Positions 8,202 to 21,435 of a stretch of DNA of 64,000 nt are shown piece after piece. The position numbers and the translations under genes are program-made. Each line of letters opens with the position of its first letter. The first letter of the stretch is position 1. The stretch is from a virus (Duplodnaviria; Heunggongvirae; Uroviricota; Caudoviricetes), in IMG/VR virus record IMGVR_UViG_2511231131_000001; one strand, written 5' to 3'. Below the pieces are notes generated by a model. It did no database searches, was not told where the DNA came from, and worked only from the letters and a program-made list of their open reading frames with translations.

Positions 8202-8638
8202 GTTTTCTCTCCAGCCTGTGCCAAGGCTTCAACTTCCAAATCGTAAGACTCAAACTCATAGTCCTGGTCGTCAACTTCTTCAGGCACTGGCAGTAAATGC
8301 CAGGCTGAGTATATCTGACCATTATCAAAACGCTCCTGGCTGTAGAGCGTCGCGGCTATGAGTGTTAGCGCCGGGCGGTCATAACGGTAAATTTTGCGAA
8401 CGTCACGGTCAACGAGACGACCGAAATTACCATAACCGCGCTCCAGTAATAATTTTTTAATTTCCGGCCAGTATGGACCATAGCTGCGGTACAGGCGGGG
8501 ATTTTTCAGTAATCGCCCGCGTAGCCCTGACAGGAAGAAATCAACGTATTCGTCTTCTGTCTTTCCTAACAACGCTGTACGGAGTACCGCCTCAAGATAT
8601 GTTTTATTCGGTTTTATTGTATCAGATAGTGTGGCCAT
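8198..8638 (-). CDS. ulx: Protein at the position of P1 ulx (downstream of darB)
   Basis: 146-aa ORF immediately downstream of darB on the same strand. Confidence 0.4.
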   Translation of the reverse strand: MATLSDTIKPNKTYLEAVLRTALLGKTEDEYVDFFLSGLRGRLLKNPRLYRSYGPYWPEIKKLLLERGYGNFGRLVDRDVRKIYRYDRPALTLIAATLYSQERFDNGQIYSAWHLLPVPEEVDDQDYEFESYDLEVEALAQAGEKT

Positions 8639-8671
8639 ATTATGCGACGCCCGGCGAACCGGGCGCTCCTG

Positions 8672-11600
8672 TTATGCGTATTGTTGGATGACGGCCAGAA
8701 CGTCCGCCACGTTGTGTTTTGTCTCGATAATCCACCAGTTACCCGGGAAATCGCTGTTCTTCGCCTTCGCTGGCAGCCAGCGAGCGCCGAATTTCGCCTT
8801 GATTGCGTCTTTCGCACGGAAAAGAACGCCTTTCATGCCTGAGGCTTCCTGAAGCCCAAATACCTCGCCAGCGGCGAATTTTGGTGCGTACATCATCTTC
8901 AGGTCGGCGGTGGATACGCGATAATTCAGACCAAGAGACTGAGCTATGCTGGTGGAATCACCCTGTATTGATGATAACTCTTCTTGTTTCTCGTTTCTGG
9001 CGGCAATCTCTTCCTCCGTGATGTTGCCAAGGGCTAGGTTTATCCGATCAGCGTCGGCCTGTTTCTCTTCATCGGTGCGCCCGGCAAGAACCGTGTTAAT
9101 TCTCTGCAATATCTCCACATGATTCTTGCGCATGCTGAGCAATTCCGGCGTAACCTCGTTAAGATCCACCAGCCCAAGGATGGCAAGGTCGGAAAACATT
9201 GATACCAGGTTGTAGGTCATGCGATAGCTGAGTTGACCATAGGCTGATGGCAACTTCACCGCATCCATTTGATAGGCATCCATAAATTTAGAGCCGTCGT
9301 TTACGACATCCGCTATTGCAGGTGTGATTTTCCCTGTGGTGGCGGCCTCCCTGATTGCTGTTACCCACGATTGAGTCAGCGCGGCGACTGCATGATTCAG
9401 ATTGGCTTCCCGTTCTGCTGCGATGCGCGCGCTTGCTGCGTCCATTGCCTGCTTGATCTCGGCTTTATTGCTGTAAATGCCAATGGTGCCAAACTGTGCT
9501 GTGGTGATCTCATAATCTGACCCCCGGAACTCATTGGTACCGAAAATGGCATTGGTGACTTCAAGTTCAGAATCCCCGTTACGAGTAGCCCCCTGGCTTG
9601 TTTTTTCCGGCATTCTGGCGATCGCATCCGCTATTTTCTCCTGAATTGCTTCAGGGGATAGCGTATCTCCGTATGACGCGATTACATCGCCATAATTGGA
9701 GCCAAACAATTCAACCAGGAATGTTTCTGCCGAACGGATCTGGCGGTTATTCCCTTCCGACATCATACCAAGCACCCATTTTGCAATTGACGACTTCAGC
9801 GCGCCGTCACGGCGATCCGGGTAAACCGCATGCTTCAGTGGGTCCGTATAGGTACCAACAAAATCAATGCTATAGCCTGACTCTGTAGTCTGAACGCCGT
9901 ACGAGTCAGTTATTTTGATCATGCCGCGCTGCTGGAAACGGTAGAAATCGTCACAGGAAATGATGTCGTTAATCCCGGCGATGGAGACGCCACCACTGAT
10001 TTTCTGCATAACAGCATCTTCATCGGGAGTTACATCCACCTGTTTATCCAGCGTCTTCACATCCCAGTTACCCGATTTGGTGCCTTTGAAGGTAAAGATG
10101 ATCTCCACGTCTGCGCGCTGGCTGTCGAAGTCCAGCGACTTAATGCGAACGATATCACCGGCACAATCGTAGTATTGGCCTACACGCCATGAGCGATCGC
10201 CGATAACAAGGAACTCACTCGCATGGTTAACCAGGTCAGGATCAACATCCAGAATGCCTTTATTTATTGCATCCTCCACCAGCGGGCGCAGGCGTTTGAT
10301 ATCCGTCGCGGCCTTCTGAGTACGGTTCAATAATTTCTCATAGCGGGAGATGGCTTGAGAGATATTAGCCTTGCGCTGAATGGCGTTTTTCAACGACGCG
10401 CGATACTGTGCTAACAACATACGGTCTGTGTGATGGACGCTCCCCCAGCGGGCCTTCCAGTCTGCGTTATCAGCTGCTTTGGCCATTACCGCCTGTTTGA
10501 ATTTAGCTACCTCGGCGGTGGTCTTTTCAAGTTCCGCTTTGCTTCGCTCTAATTCAGCGGTAAGTACCTCCACATCCTCGCCAGCTGCGTGCTGCGCCTT
10601 GATGTAGTTCTGAAGGTCGATAGTAGCCTGTTCTTTCTGGCGAGCGCGTTGCGCGGCTTTCGCCTTATCCATTTGAACCTGCATCATTGCCAGACGTTCG
10701 CCATCATCCTTAGCGGTATACATCTGCATTTCGATCATATCGTTGGCGTCGGCGTTCTCCATTTCAGACTTATCTGAGCGGAGGATATCGGAGATCCAGC
10801 CTGCTTTACGCTTCAGCGTCTTCAGTCGGTATTCATCGAAAGAACCCTTGCCGCAGTAGTAGTGAACGCGAACGCTTGCACGGTTGGAACCAACTCGGGC
10901 ACCGCGACCGTTACGCTGTGCGATACTGGCTGGTGTCCATGGCAACGTCAGATGATGGATGTCAGTCGTTCCTCGATGCAGGTTGATACCCACCTCTGCC
11001 TTTTTGTTGCAGATGATGATCGGAGTCCGGCCCTCCTGGAAGTCGGCAGCAATCTTTTCCAGCCCACCCAGCGACATTTCATTTTGCTGCGCGATATAGG
11101 CGTCATACAGAGCCATTTGCTCGTTGTATTTCGCTATCTGTGCATCTGTTGGTTCATCCGGTAGCTCTTTCGGCGGTTTAACCGCTTTCAGTTTCTTACC
11201 GGTTTTACCTGCCTCGGCAACCGTCTGAGCATTCAGGATCCCCACCTTTGAAGGTTCAAGGTTAAGAGCATTGCAGATAATGCGCTTGAGCTTCTGGTGT
11301 TGCGTTTTTTCATCGGTGAAGATGATTTGCTTACCTTCCGGGAAAAACTCCTTCAGCGTGGCAATCAGCTTCGCGTATTTGGGCGTAACGGGGTGAGTTA
11401 CGGTCTGTTCGTCAATGCCAAACTTGGCCAGGCGCTTATTCACTTCCTGCTCAAATGCTTCCGGTACCTGCAACTGAATAAACTCGCCCTTATCTATCAG
11501 GGAGTATTGCGATTGCTGCGTGATCGAATCATCACTGTCGTCGTCTTCGCTGGTGGCTTGTTTAGGCAAACTGTCCGCCAGCTGCTGCACCGCATCGGCG

Positions 11601-14600
11601 TACTCCGGCAGGAAACGATAGGTGATCCTGCGATAGTACAGGTCCATGTCAGTACATACGCGGTCCATATCCCTGATTATTGAGAAGATCTGACGGGCTT
11701 TCTCGTGCTCAATCACGCCGTCTTCATTGACCGAGGTCGTTACGCCATTGTTGGCTTTGGCTGCCGCTTCCGCCTGCTGACGCAATTCTTCATACGCCGC
11801 CAGTTGTTCTTCCGTAAGTGGTGCATCCTGCTGGTGTTCGTCCAGTTCCGGGATCTCCACGGTATCCTTAACGTCTTCCGCCGTTTTAAGCGTTGTCCAG
11901 CGATGGAATATGCCGCGCAGCGCATCAAGGTTTTCAAAGCCCACCAGCGCCATTTTTTCTTCAACTTCACCGCTGATTTTCTGTACCGTTTCCAGCCTGG
12001 TCTTGCCGAAGAATTTAACGAAGTCATCAGGACCGTAGATCCCCATCTTCTGCCAGTATTCCTTCGGCAGAACATGAGAAAGCATGTTGTATGCATCGAT
12101 CGGGGTGTTAACGACTGGCGTTGCAGTCAGGAGAACCGGCCCGCGCCCGCCATTCTTTTTCATCAGGTACGCGTTTTTGATTGCCATATCCCGCGCCGAT
12201 TGCGCCACCGCGCTGGTGGGCAGATAGGCCAGTTGTGACGCTTCGCGACCATTTTTATAGCTATTGCGGTAGTTGTGACCTTCGTCGGCGATCACACTAT
12301 CGAAGCCCATATCCTCAAAGTACGGATACTTCTCTGCTTTTTCGGTGCCGGTATCTGAATACTCCGACAATACCCGGCGACGCGCGGCCTCTTTGCGGTG
12401 GGAGTCGGAGTCCATTGCGCTGGCTACGCGCCCGGCAGCAACGAAGTCATAAAGCATATCCTGTGCATGCTCATCTACGGTGTCATCACGTAGCGGAATG
12501 CGGGCGTATTGTTCTTTGGTAAACACGACTGCACGGTAATTTGAGTGCGGGATCGCGTTCATCCGCGCCGTGATAGTGGCTTCATCTGCCAGCTTAAGAG
12601 CATCGCGCATAACTGGAGTGCCATCAGTACCAAGAACAGGTTTACCGTTCTCATTGAGCACCGGCACCTGGCGAATCTGATCGCCATCCATCAGCACATC
12701 AAGACCGACGAACAGGTAGTTACTGAATGCCTCTTCACTCAGGAACTCTTTTGCTTCGTAATACCAGTTTTCCAGCACTGATTTAGGCACTACATACGCA
12801 GTACGGGTGGAACGACCGTTCTCATAGTTGAACGCCTCAAGCGCCAGCGCGGTCGTGGTTTTACCCAGCCCGGTACCGAAGCCCAGGATGCCGCGCCCAT
12901 CTTCGGACAGTCGGCGCACCTCGCTATTCTGGTAATCAAATGGCTGTCGCTTACCGCTTAATCCCTTCAACCCAAGCGGATCGCCAGAGTGTTCATACGG
13001 GATATTGCTATTGAACACATCGTTGTATTTGGCAACCAGCTCATCGTAGCGATCGTGCGTCTTGATCCACTTATTGAACTGGTCCTCAAGCAGTGCCATC
13101 TGCTCGCGGTAGCCGTTCGCCGTCGCGCTATCTTTGCCACCGATACGCGCACCATTGAGATACTTTTCCAGCTGTGCCGGGAACCCGGTCGCGTTTTCAC
13201 CTGATTTACGGTCCCACTCGTAGCGGATCTCGCCTGTTTCTTTATCCTTGCGCTGGACGACACCGTATCGGTGCCCGACGAACAGACCATCACCACCGTG
13301 ATAGGTGTCAGAAACCATTTCGTCGCCTTCCAGCTGCACTGACTGCACATAGCGAAGATCCGGATAGCCGTTTTCCTGCAAAAATTCCAGAATGACGGAA
13401 CGGTCGAACCAACGGCTATTGAGCTTAAAGCGGATATTCTCTGCTGGCGTCTTGATGCGCTTCTCTTCGATCGCTGCCAGCTGATTAAGGACGTTGTTCT
13501 TTACTGGACCGTCGGGGAGTGTGGCAAGGAATTCCTGTTTTGGTGCCACTATCTCGTTAATGTCGCCGCTGGTGGCGCGGGCGAACGGAACAATCCCGCC
13601 ATACGGTGAAACCGCAATGCCAGGGGTGCTGGCCAATAAATTAAGCAACTCGTCATCACTGGCTGGCAGTTCGCCGGTAAACGCAAGGCGGAAATCATCG
13701 AGCTGGATTGGATCGCGAGTGAGATCACTGTAGAGATAACGCAGGGTGTCCTGATAGCTGGTGGAGTCATAACTGGCGCTGGAATCATGCGTAACCAGTT
13801 TTCCTGTCAGCTCGTCAGAAATAGTGCCATCCAGCTTAATTGCACCACGGAAAGCAAACCAGGCGCGCGCACCGCTCCCCGATAATTTCGCTATCGGACC
13901 GCGACCGGGGTTACCAAAACGGTCAATCTCTGCCTGCAAACGGGATACCAGAGAAAGGCGCTGCTGTTCGATTTGTTCAGCACTATGCCCGGCGGCCTTC
14001 ATGTCCTGATATTCAATTAACATCCGGCCAATCATCGCCCCGCGATACAAGCGTTCACGGTATTTTTCAGGCTGGCTGTTAATCCAGTCCACCAGCTGCA
14101 CCATATCGTCGCTGATTGATGTGGTGTATTTATCGCGGACATTTGCCATCTGGGTAAATGTCATACCGAGACGGCCTTCTGTTGTAGTCAGGTTACGCTG
14201 AAGAGCCTCCCAGCTGTCCGCGCCATAACTGGCAACATCAATCTTCAGCTCCTTCCCTGCATCAGATTCAATCCAGCGACCACCAGCATATTTTTGCCAT
14301 ACGCCATTAATCAGGCGCATTTCCCCTTCATCAACAACGTCTGCGGTCGGTGACGGTTCAGCCATATTGAGCAAAGACCAGTCGATACGACTTTCGAAAC
14401 GATGAATCAGCTTCGCTTTAAGAGCCTGGTTATCAATCTGCCCGTCGGCACGAACCTCAATACGCCCCTGGAAGCCCTTTTCCTGGGTACCATGAACAAA
14501 CCGGCGGCCATCCTTTTCAAACCACTTGCCAGAAATAAACGTTGGCCAAAGCACATTTGCCGATTCAAGAGTGCTTTCATCCACCAGGGGGATTTTCTCA

Positions 14601-15439
14601 GCCATCTCTGCCGGATGTTTGCGCATCAGCACCACATCAACGACTGTACTGGTCCCGTTTGCGTCAAAAGTACCGGTAGGCAAGCGGTGAGCGCCAAGAA
14701 ATTCAGCTTTCCGTGATAGGCGCAGGCGTAACCGCTTCATGTTTGAACCTGAAACAATGGACGGCGGCACAATCACACACATGAATCCGCCAGGCTTTAT
14801 CTTGTCCAGCATGCGGAGCATGAAGTAAGAACCCATGTCCGTTTCTTCTGCGTAAGGCTTATCGATGTTGCGTGTGTTATCACGACCGCCGAACGGAACG
14901 TTACCCACAACATGGTCGAATGAATCGTTAGGCGTGCTTACAGCCAGCTGTTCGAACGGGGAAATCTGTACGCTGTCTTCCGGGTGTAACAACTGGTTTA
15001 TACGACCGGAAACACTGCTGATCTCAGTCGCGGTCATCACCGTACCAACCGGCTTTGTCTCATTAAAAACGCCGGTTCCCGCCGATGGTTCCAGAGTGTT
15101 ACCTACGTCCGCGCCGTAGAGCTTCATGATCTCCCAGACACCTTCAGCGATCGGCTTTGGTGTGTAATATTCGGAGACGGACCCGCCAATGCCGCCTTCA
15201 CCGGTGTACCCAGCCAGGATCTGGCGCTGTTCATCTGTCAGTGTCGCGCCGTCCACCAGCGAATTAAGCAAATCTATCGCCTTCTGATTCGCCTCCCGGC
15301 GCAGTCGGTCATAGCTTTTGCCTTCCACCTTTTCCACGCCGTATTTAATCGGCGCTCGGTGAGATGTTATTGCCCTAATGTATTTTAATATTTCGCTGAC
15401 ACTTGAACAGCGAAACACCCCCATAGATAGCTTGTTCAT
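8672..15439 (-). CDS. darB: DarB antirestriction protein (methyltransferase plus helicase domains)
   Basis: 2255-aa ORF, the size recalled for P1 DarB; contains NVPFGG (N6-adenine MTase-like motif), Walker A GTGLGKTT and VIADEGHNYRN (DExH box). Confidence 0.85.
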   Translation of the reverse strand: MNKLSMGVFRCSSVSEILKYIRAITSHRAPIKYGVEKVEGKSYDRLRREANQKAIDLLNSLVDGATLTDEQRQILAGYTGEGGIGGSVSEYYTPKPIAEGVWEIMKLYGADVGNTLEPSAGTGVFNETKPVGTVMTATEISSVSGRINQLLHPEDSVQISPFEQLAVSTPNDSFDHVVGNVPFGGRDNTRNIDKPYAEETDMGSYFMLRMLDKIKPGGFMCVIVPPSIVSGSNMKRLRLRLSRKAEFLGAHRLPTGTFDANGTSTVVDVVLMRKHPAEMAEKIPLVDESTLESANVLWPTFISGKWFEKDGRRFVHGTQEKGFQGRIEVRADGQIDNQALKAKLIHRFESRIDWSLLNMAEPSPTADVVDEGEMRLINGVWQKYAGGRWIESDAGKELKIDVASYGADSWEALQRNLTTTEGRLGMTFTQMANVRDKYTTSISDDMVQLVDWINSQPEKYRERLYRGAMIGRMLIEYQDMKAAGHSAEQIEQQRLSLVSRLQAEIDRFGNPGRGPIAKLSGSGARAWFAFRGAIKLDGTISDELTGKLVTHDSSASYDSTSYQDTLRYLYSDLTRDPIQLDDFRLAFTGELPASDDELLNLLASTPGIAVSPYGGIVPFARATSGDINEIVAPKQEFLATLPDGPVKNNVLNQLAAIEEKRIKTPAENIRFKLNSRWFDRSVILEFLQENGYPDLRYVQSVQLEGDEMVSDTYHGGDGLFVGHRYGVVQRKDKETGEIRYEWDRKSGENATGFPAQLEKYLNGARIGGKDSATANGYREQMALLEDQFNKWIKTHDRYDELVAKYNDVFNSNIPYEHSGDPLGLKGLSGKRQPFDYQNSEVRRLSEDGRGILGFGTGLGKTTTALALEAFNYENGRSTRTAYVVPKSVLENWYYEAKEFLSEEAFSNYLFVGLDVLMDGDQIRQVPVLNENGKPVLGTDGTPVMRDALKLADEATITARMNAIPHSNYRAVVFTKEQYARIPLRDDTVDEHAQDMLYDFVAAGRVASAMDSDSHRKEAARRRVLSEYSDTGTEKAEKYPYFEDMGFDSVIADEGHNYRNSYKNGREASQLAYLPTSAVAQSARDMAIKNAYLMKKNGGRGPVLLTATPVVNTPIDAYNMLSHVLPKEYWQKMGIYGPDDFVKFFGKTRLETVQKISGEVEEKMALVGFENLDALRGIFHRWTTLKTAEDVKDTVEIPELDEHQQDAPLTEEQLAAYEELRQQAEAAAKANNGVTTSVNEDGVIEHEKARQIFSIIRDMDRVCTDMDLYYRRITYRFLPEYADAVQQLADSLPKQATSEDDDSDDSITQQSQYSLIDKGEFIQLQVPEAFEQEVNKRLAKFGIDEQTVTHPVTPKYAKLIATLKEFFPEGKQIIFTDEKTQHQKLKRIICNALNLEPSKVGILNAQTVAEAGKTGKKLKAVKPPKELPDEPTDAQIAKYNEQMALYDAYIAQQNEMSLGGLEKIAADFQEGRTPIIICNKKAEVGINLHRGTTDIHHLTLPWTPASIAQRNGRGARVGSNRASVRVHYYCGKGSFDEYRLKTLKRKAGWISDILRSDKSEMENADANDMIEMQMYTAKDDGERLAMMQVQMDKAKAAQRARQKEQATIDLQNYIKAQHAAGEDVEVLTAELERSKAELEKTTAEVAKFKQAVMAKAADNADWKARWGSVHHTDRMLLAQYRASLKNAIQRKANISQAISRYEKLLNRTQKAATDIKRLRPLVEDAINKGILDVDPDLVNHASEFLVIGDRSWRVGQYYDCAGDIVRIKSLDFDSQRADVEIIFTFKGTKSGNWDVKTLDKQVDVTPDEDAVMQKISGGVSIAGINDIISCDDFYRFQQRGMIKITDSYGVQTTESGYSIDFVGTYTDPLKHAVYPDRRDGALKSSIAKWVLGMMSEGNNRQIRSAETFLVELFGSNYGDVIASYGDTLSPEAIQEKIADAIARMPEKTSQGATRNGDSELEVTNAIFGTNEFRGSDYEITTAQFGTIGIYSNKAEIKQAMDAASARIAAEREANLNHAVAALTQSWVTAIREAATTGKITPAIADVVNDGSKFMDAYQMDAVKLPSAYGQLSYRMTYNLVSMFSDLAILGLVDLNEVTPELLSMRKNHVEILQRINTVLAGRTDEEKQADADRINLALGNITEEEIAARNEKQEELSSIQGDSTSIAQSLGLNYRVSTADLKMMYAPKFAAGEVFGLQEASGMKGVLFRAKDAIKAKFGARWLPAKAKNSDFPGNWWIIETKHNVADVLAVIQQYA

Positions 15440-15451
15440 TGGTAATCCTTA

Positions 15452-15471
15452 ACAAGTGACTAGTGTTAAAT
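15452..15471 (+). promoter_or_regulatory. Candidate late promoter for prt (ACAAGTGACT motif followed by TTAAAT)
   Basis: Motif 15452-15461, -10-like hexamer 15466-15471, about 45 bp upstream of the prt start. Confidence 0.35.
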
Positions 15472-15505
15472 TCCGTTCAAACACGATGCGAATTATTCTA
15501 ATTAA

Positions 15506-18236
<2,731 letters not shown>

Positions 18237-18249
18237 CCACCAAAAATAA

Positions 18250-18267
18250 CCCCGGCAGCTGCCGGGG
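18250..18267 (+). terminator. Rho-independent terminator after pro (CCCCGGCAGCTGCCGGGG then TTCTCGTT)
   Basis: Perfect palindrome followed by a T-rich tract. Confidence 0.6.
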
Positions 18268-18283
18268 TTCTCGTTAACTATTA

Positions 18284-18535
18284 TCACCTTCGCCTGCGTG
18301 CCATATATTTGCGCACCGCGCGGCCTGGACAATCTGAAGCTGTTTCTTTCTGCTGCATCAATCTTGCAGCCATGCTCAAAAATGTCAGGCACAGCCGAAG
18401 CCCGGCATACAATAGCGGTTCCAGTGGCCACGTCTCATTGAGCACATATACCGCCATGAAAATCGAGTCGAAAACTATCGCCGCCAGCGATAACTTCATT
18501 GTCGAAAGTCGGCGGAGCAGCCTGAGTTTATTCAT
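18284..18535 (-). CDS. Small hydrophobic protein downstream of lyz (possible lysis accessory)
   Basis: 83-aa ORF with a hydrophobic segment (LSLAAIVFDSIFMAVYVL); start overlaps the lyz stop. Confidence 0.3.
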   Translation of the reverse strand: MNKLRLLRRLSTMKLSLAAIVFDSIFMAVYVLNETWPLEPLLYAGLRLCLTFLSMAARLMQQKETASDCPGRAVRKYMARRRR

Positions 18536-19085
18536 TGACCAGCCCCGTCAGGCAAAGCTGGCGTTCTTTTTCACGGCGAATCTTTAAACCTCGCAAGGGC
18601 ACGCCGTTACTGTTCACGAAATCAGGGAGATGGTTACACATATTCACCCATTCCCCTTTCTGCGCCCACTTGTGGATGGACGTTTCGACTCGCATGCCTC
18701 GCGCTTTGCTGTAGTAGGTCCGTAAACTATTGCATCCCATATTGAATGCCGCGCTTGTCATTGCACTGAAGGCATTATCGGGCATGTCTTTGCCCCGGAA
18801 GTGCTGATTAATACAGCGTTCAGCGATCAGGATATTCTTTTCCCAATCAGCGGCGATTTGCTGGTCTGTTTTTCGCACACCCGGCGTTACCCCGTGTGTA
18901 TTACCGATCCCGTCAGTCCATACCCCTGCCGGGCACATGTATGGATCACGTCGGCAACCTTCAGCGTTACCAATCAGCTCAAGCCCCGCCTGGTTGGTTC
19001 GCACATTGCCATTACCCATCACGATGGTAATCATCACCGCGATAGCGCAAATTGCACCGCCTCCTGCGGCTGTTTTCCCCTTCAT
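18528..19085 (-). CDS. lyz: SAR endolysin (lysozyme)
   Basis: 185 aa from MKGKTAAGGGAICAIAVMITIVMG (N-terminal signal-arrest-release-like hydrophobic segment), lysozyme-like body; matches P1 Lyz. Confidence 0.85.
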   Translation of the reverse strand: MKGKTAAGGGAICAIAVMITIVMGNGNVRTNQAGLELIGNAEGCRRDPYMCPAGVWTDGIGNTHGVTPGVRKTDQQIAADWEKNILIAERCINQHFRGKDMPDNAFSAMTSAAFNMGCNSLRTYYSKARGMRVETSIHKWAQKGEWVNMCNHLPDFVNSNGVPLRGLKIRREKERQLCLTGLVNE

Positions 19086-19218
19086 AAAGACCTCATAAGC
19101 GAATTTTTTACGCTCCAGGACAAACACCCATTCACAGCCAATACCGACTGACTCGATCCCTTTAGAAGGCACAGGATAATGCAAATCACTTGTTAGCTAC
19201 GTTTCAAAGATATACATT

Positions 19219-19235
19219 ATTGCTCTAATTAATTT
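19219..19235 (+). promoter_or_regulatory. C1 operator-like site (ATTGCTCTAATTAATTT, 16/17) upstream of ssb
   Basis: Match to the P1 C1 operator consensus ATTGCTCTAATAAATTT. Confidence 0.55.
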
Positions 19236-19254
19236 ATTTTATTAGGTAAGATAA

Positions 19255-19743
19255 GTGGCACAACGCGGTGTAAACAAAGTCATCCTGATTGGTACCCTGG
19301 GGCAAGACCCGGAGATCAGGTATATACCAAATGGCGGAGCGGTCGGAAGACTCAGCATCGCAACGAATGAATCATGGCGCGACAAGCAAACGGGCCAACA
19401 GAAAGAGCAAACAGAATGGCATAAAGTCGTTTTGTTCGGAAAACTTGCTGAAATTGCGAGTGAGTATTTACGAAAAGGTTCTCAGGTCTACATCGAAGGG
19501 AAACTTAAAACCCGTAAGTGGACAGATGACGCCGGTGTAGAACGTTACACGACGGAAATTATCGTCAGCCAGGGCGGCACCATGCAAATGATCGGCGCTC
19601 GCCGTGACGATTCACAGTCCTCAAATGGCTGGGGGCAATCAAACCAACCTCAAAACCACCAGCAATACAGTGGTGGCGGTAAACCTCAGAGCAACGCCAA
19701 TAACGAACCTCCAATGGACTTTGACGACGATATTCCGTTTTGA
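19255..19743 (+). CDS. ssb: Single-stranded DNA-binding protein
   Basis: 162 aa; [23 protein letters not shown]... with acidic C-terminal tail DFDDDIPF, closely resembles E. coli SSB; GTG start. Confidence 0.92.
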   Translation: MAQRGVNKVILIGTLGQDPEIRYIPNGGAVGRLSIATNESWRDKQTGQQKEQTEWHKVVLFGKLAEIASEYLRKGSQVYIEGKLKTRKWTDDAGVERYTTEIIVSQGGTMQMIGARRDDSQSSNGWGQSNQPQNHQQYSGGGKPQSNANNEPPMDFDDDIPF

Positions 19744-19940
19744 ATGTGTAAAAAACGACTGAAAGAAAAGCGGTGGTCCAGACGCCGACAAAAGCACGAA
19801 CTCGCAAACAAACGCCAAAGTTGGCAATGGCACGCGCTTTTCACGAAAAGAACACCCCGAGATATTGCGTTCGCTGGTGGGAAAACATTCCTGACCCACC
19901 TGAAGGCGCAATACATCAGGTTTTAAGCAGAGGAAAGACT

Positions 19941-20618
19941 ATGAATAACATGACAACGAAAGAGCTTTTGACGGCACTTCCAAAATACAAAAGCCATAAA
20001 ACAGTTCGCGCCTCAAAAATCAAAGATATCGAAATTATCGCCCTAATGGATGTGGTCCTTTTTTGCAACATCGAAGTCGTTGAGCCAGAAGGGGTAAAAG
20101 TCCATGTTGATAAAATATTTTTGCAAAAACACCGACCAGAAATTGGCGGATATCTGGTCGCTTATGAGGACGGATCTCTGTCCTATTCACCAGAAAAAAC
20201 ATTTGAAGAAGGCTTTAGTCGGACTAACGACTTCTTCGAAAATGGGGTATCGCTCAGCATTGAAGGTCACAATGGGGTGACATTCATTACAGCCAGGGAC
20301 GTAACTATTTCTGCTGGCGGTATCGCTACTCTACAAGAAGAAATCGACCTTGAAGCAGCCGACTTTTCTGACGCGCTGATGTGGCTGAAGGATGGCAAGA
20401 AAGTTGCCCGACGCGGGTGGAACGGCGAAAACCAATTCTGCTGGCTGGTTCCTGAAGGACAGTACCCGGCACGAATGGAAGCCATTAAGGGATATTTCCC
20501 CGGCGACCTCGTTCCGTATGGTGCTTATTTCGCCTTAAAAAATGCACAAGGTGTAGTTGTTCCGTGGGTTCCTTCTGTAGGCGACTTACTGGCATGTGAC
20601 TGGTTTGTAGTGGAGTGA
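19941..20618 (+). CDS. Protein with C-terminal DUF2829-like (Tad2-like) domain; at the position of P1 isaA
   Basis: ATG 19941 with RBS AGAGGAAAG; C-terminus LKDGKKVARRGWNGENQFCWLVPEG...VVPWVPSVGDLLACDWFVVE resembles DUF2829. Confidence 0.5.
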   Translation: MNNMTTKELLTALPKYKSHKTVRASKIKDIEIIALMDVVLFCNIEVVEPEGVKVHVDKIFLQKHRPEIGGYLVAYEDGSLSYSPEKTFEEGFSRTNDFFENGVSLSIEGHNGVTFITARDVTISAGGIATLQEEIDLEAADFSDALMWLKDGKKVARRGWNGENQFCWLVPEGQYPARMEAIKGYFPGDLVPYGAYFALKNAQGVVVPWVPSVGDLLACDWFVVE

Positions 20619-20624
20619 TTTAAC

Positions 20625-21407
20625 GTGGAAAATACTAAAGCAATTCAATACCGCCTGCGTAATGGTCAGAGTGTCGAAGTGACCATCAATAATGATGGTG
20701 TGCCTGGCGAAAAGGTTTCGATCTCTGATCTGGCTATCGAAAAAACCATCATGTGCCACCTTGGCTTTACTGAAGAAGTGAGCAAAAAGCATGGTGTAGC
20801 AATCTGGAGCGCAATGGATACTGGTATGCGCAGATTCATTACTGCTCGTACCCCAGGGATGACCATGATGGACCTCATGCAGATTGCGCCGCTGTTTGAA
20901 TGTGAGCCTTTAGATGTATTCAGCAATCCAGCTATCTGCCAGCAGCTATATGGTGAGATGAAACTCGCGGTTACCCCCATTGTGCTGCATGAAGGATCGC
21001 TTGCTGGCGTGTGGAAAGTGGAGCGTATTTCAAGCTACATGCCTTTCCATGTCAACGGCGTAATCACTGGTGAAAATCAACCTGTTTCCGTTATAAAGTC
21101 AGACCTCAAGCGCGCAATTCTTGAAGCAAGTTGTCGAGTTGTCGGCCTGGGCAAACAGTCTTATGTTTCCTTCCCGGCTGGCCCTGAAGGCCCGGCAGAA
21201 ATTCTGATTATGGATGCCGATCTGCTCTGGCAAATACAGTTTCTGATTGGCAAAAGCATCATCCGCGCTGAAGAACTCGATCAGTACATTACCTGCACGA
21301 TGACGGATGAAGTCAAAAGTGTGGCTATAGCCAATGCCCGGAACCTATGTCGTGCTGCATTAACAGAACTGCAAGAAAACACCACGGAAGAAGTGGAAAG
21401 CGATTAA
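20625..21407 (+). CDS. Hypothetical protein
   Basis: 260-aa ORF, GTG start, followed by a bidirectional terminator. Confidence 0.5.
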   Translation: MENTKAIQYRLRNGQSVEVTINNDGVPGEKVSISDLAIEKTIMCHLGFTEEVSKKHGVAIWSAMDTGMRRFITARTPGMTMMDLMQIAPLFECEPLDVFSNPAICQQLYGEMKLAVTPIVLHEGSLAGVWKVERISSYMPFHVNGVITGENQPVSVIKSDLKRAILEASCRVVGLGKQSYVSFPAGPEGPAEILIMDADLLWQIQFLIGKSIIRAEELDQYITCTMTDEVKSVAIANARNLCRAALTELQENTTEEVESD

Positions 21408-21411
21408 AAAA

Positions 21412-21431
21412 ATCCCGCCGACTGGCGGGAT
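21412..21431. terminator. Bidirectional Rho-independent terminator (ATCCCGCC-gact-GGCGGGAT) between convergent genes
   Basis: 8-bp stem flanked by an A-run upstream and T-rich sequence downstream. Confidence 0.7.
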
Positions 21432-21435
21432 TTCT

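Noticed and set aside
8800-15400. Numerous 60-180 aa ORFs in other frames and on the plus strand inside darB
   Set aside because: All are embedded in the continuous 2255-aa darB frame, which carries methyltransferase and helicase motifs; shadow ORFs.
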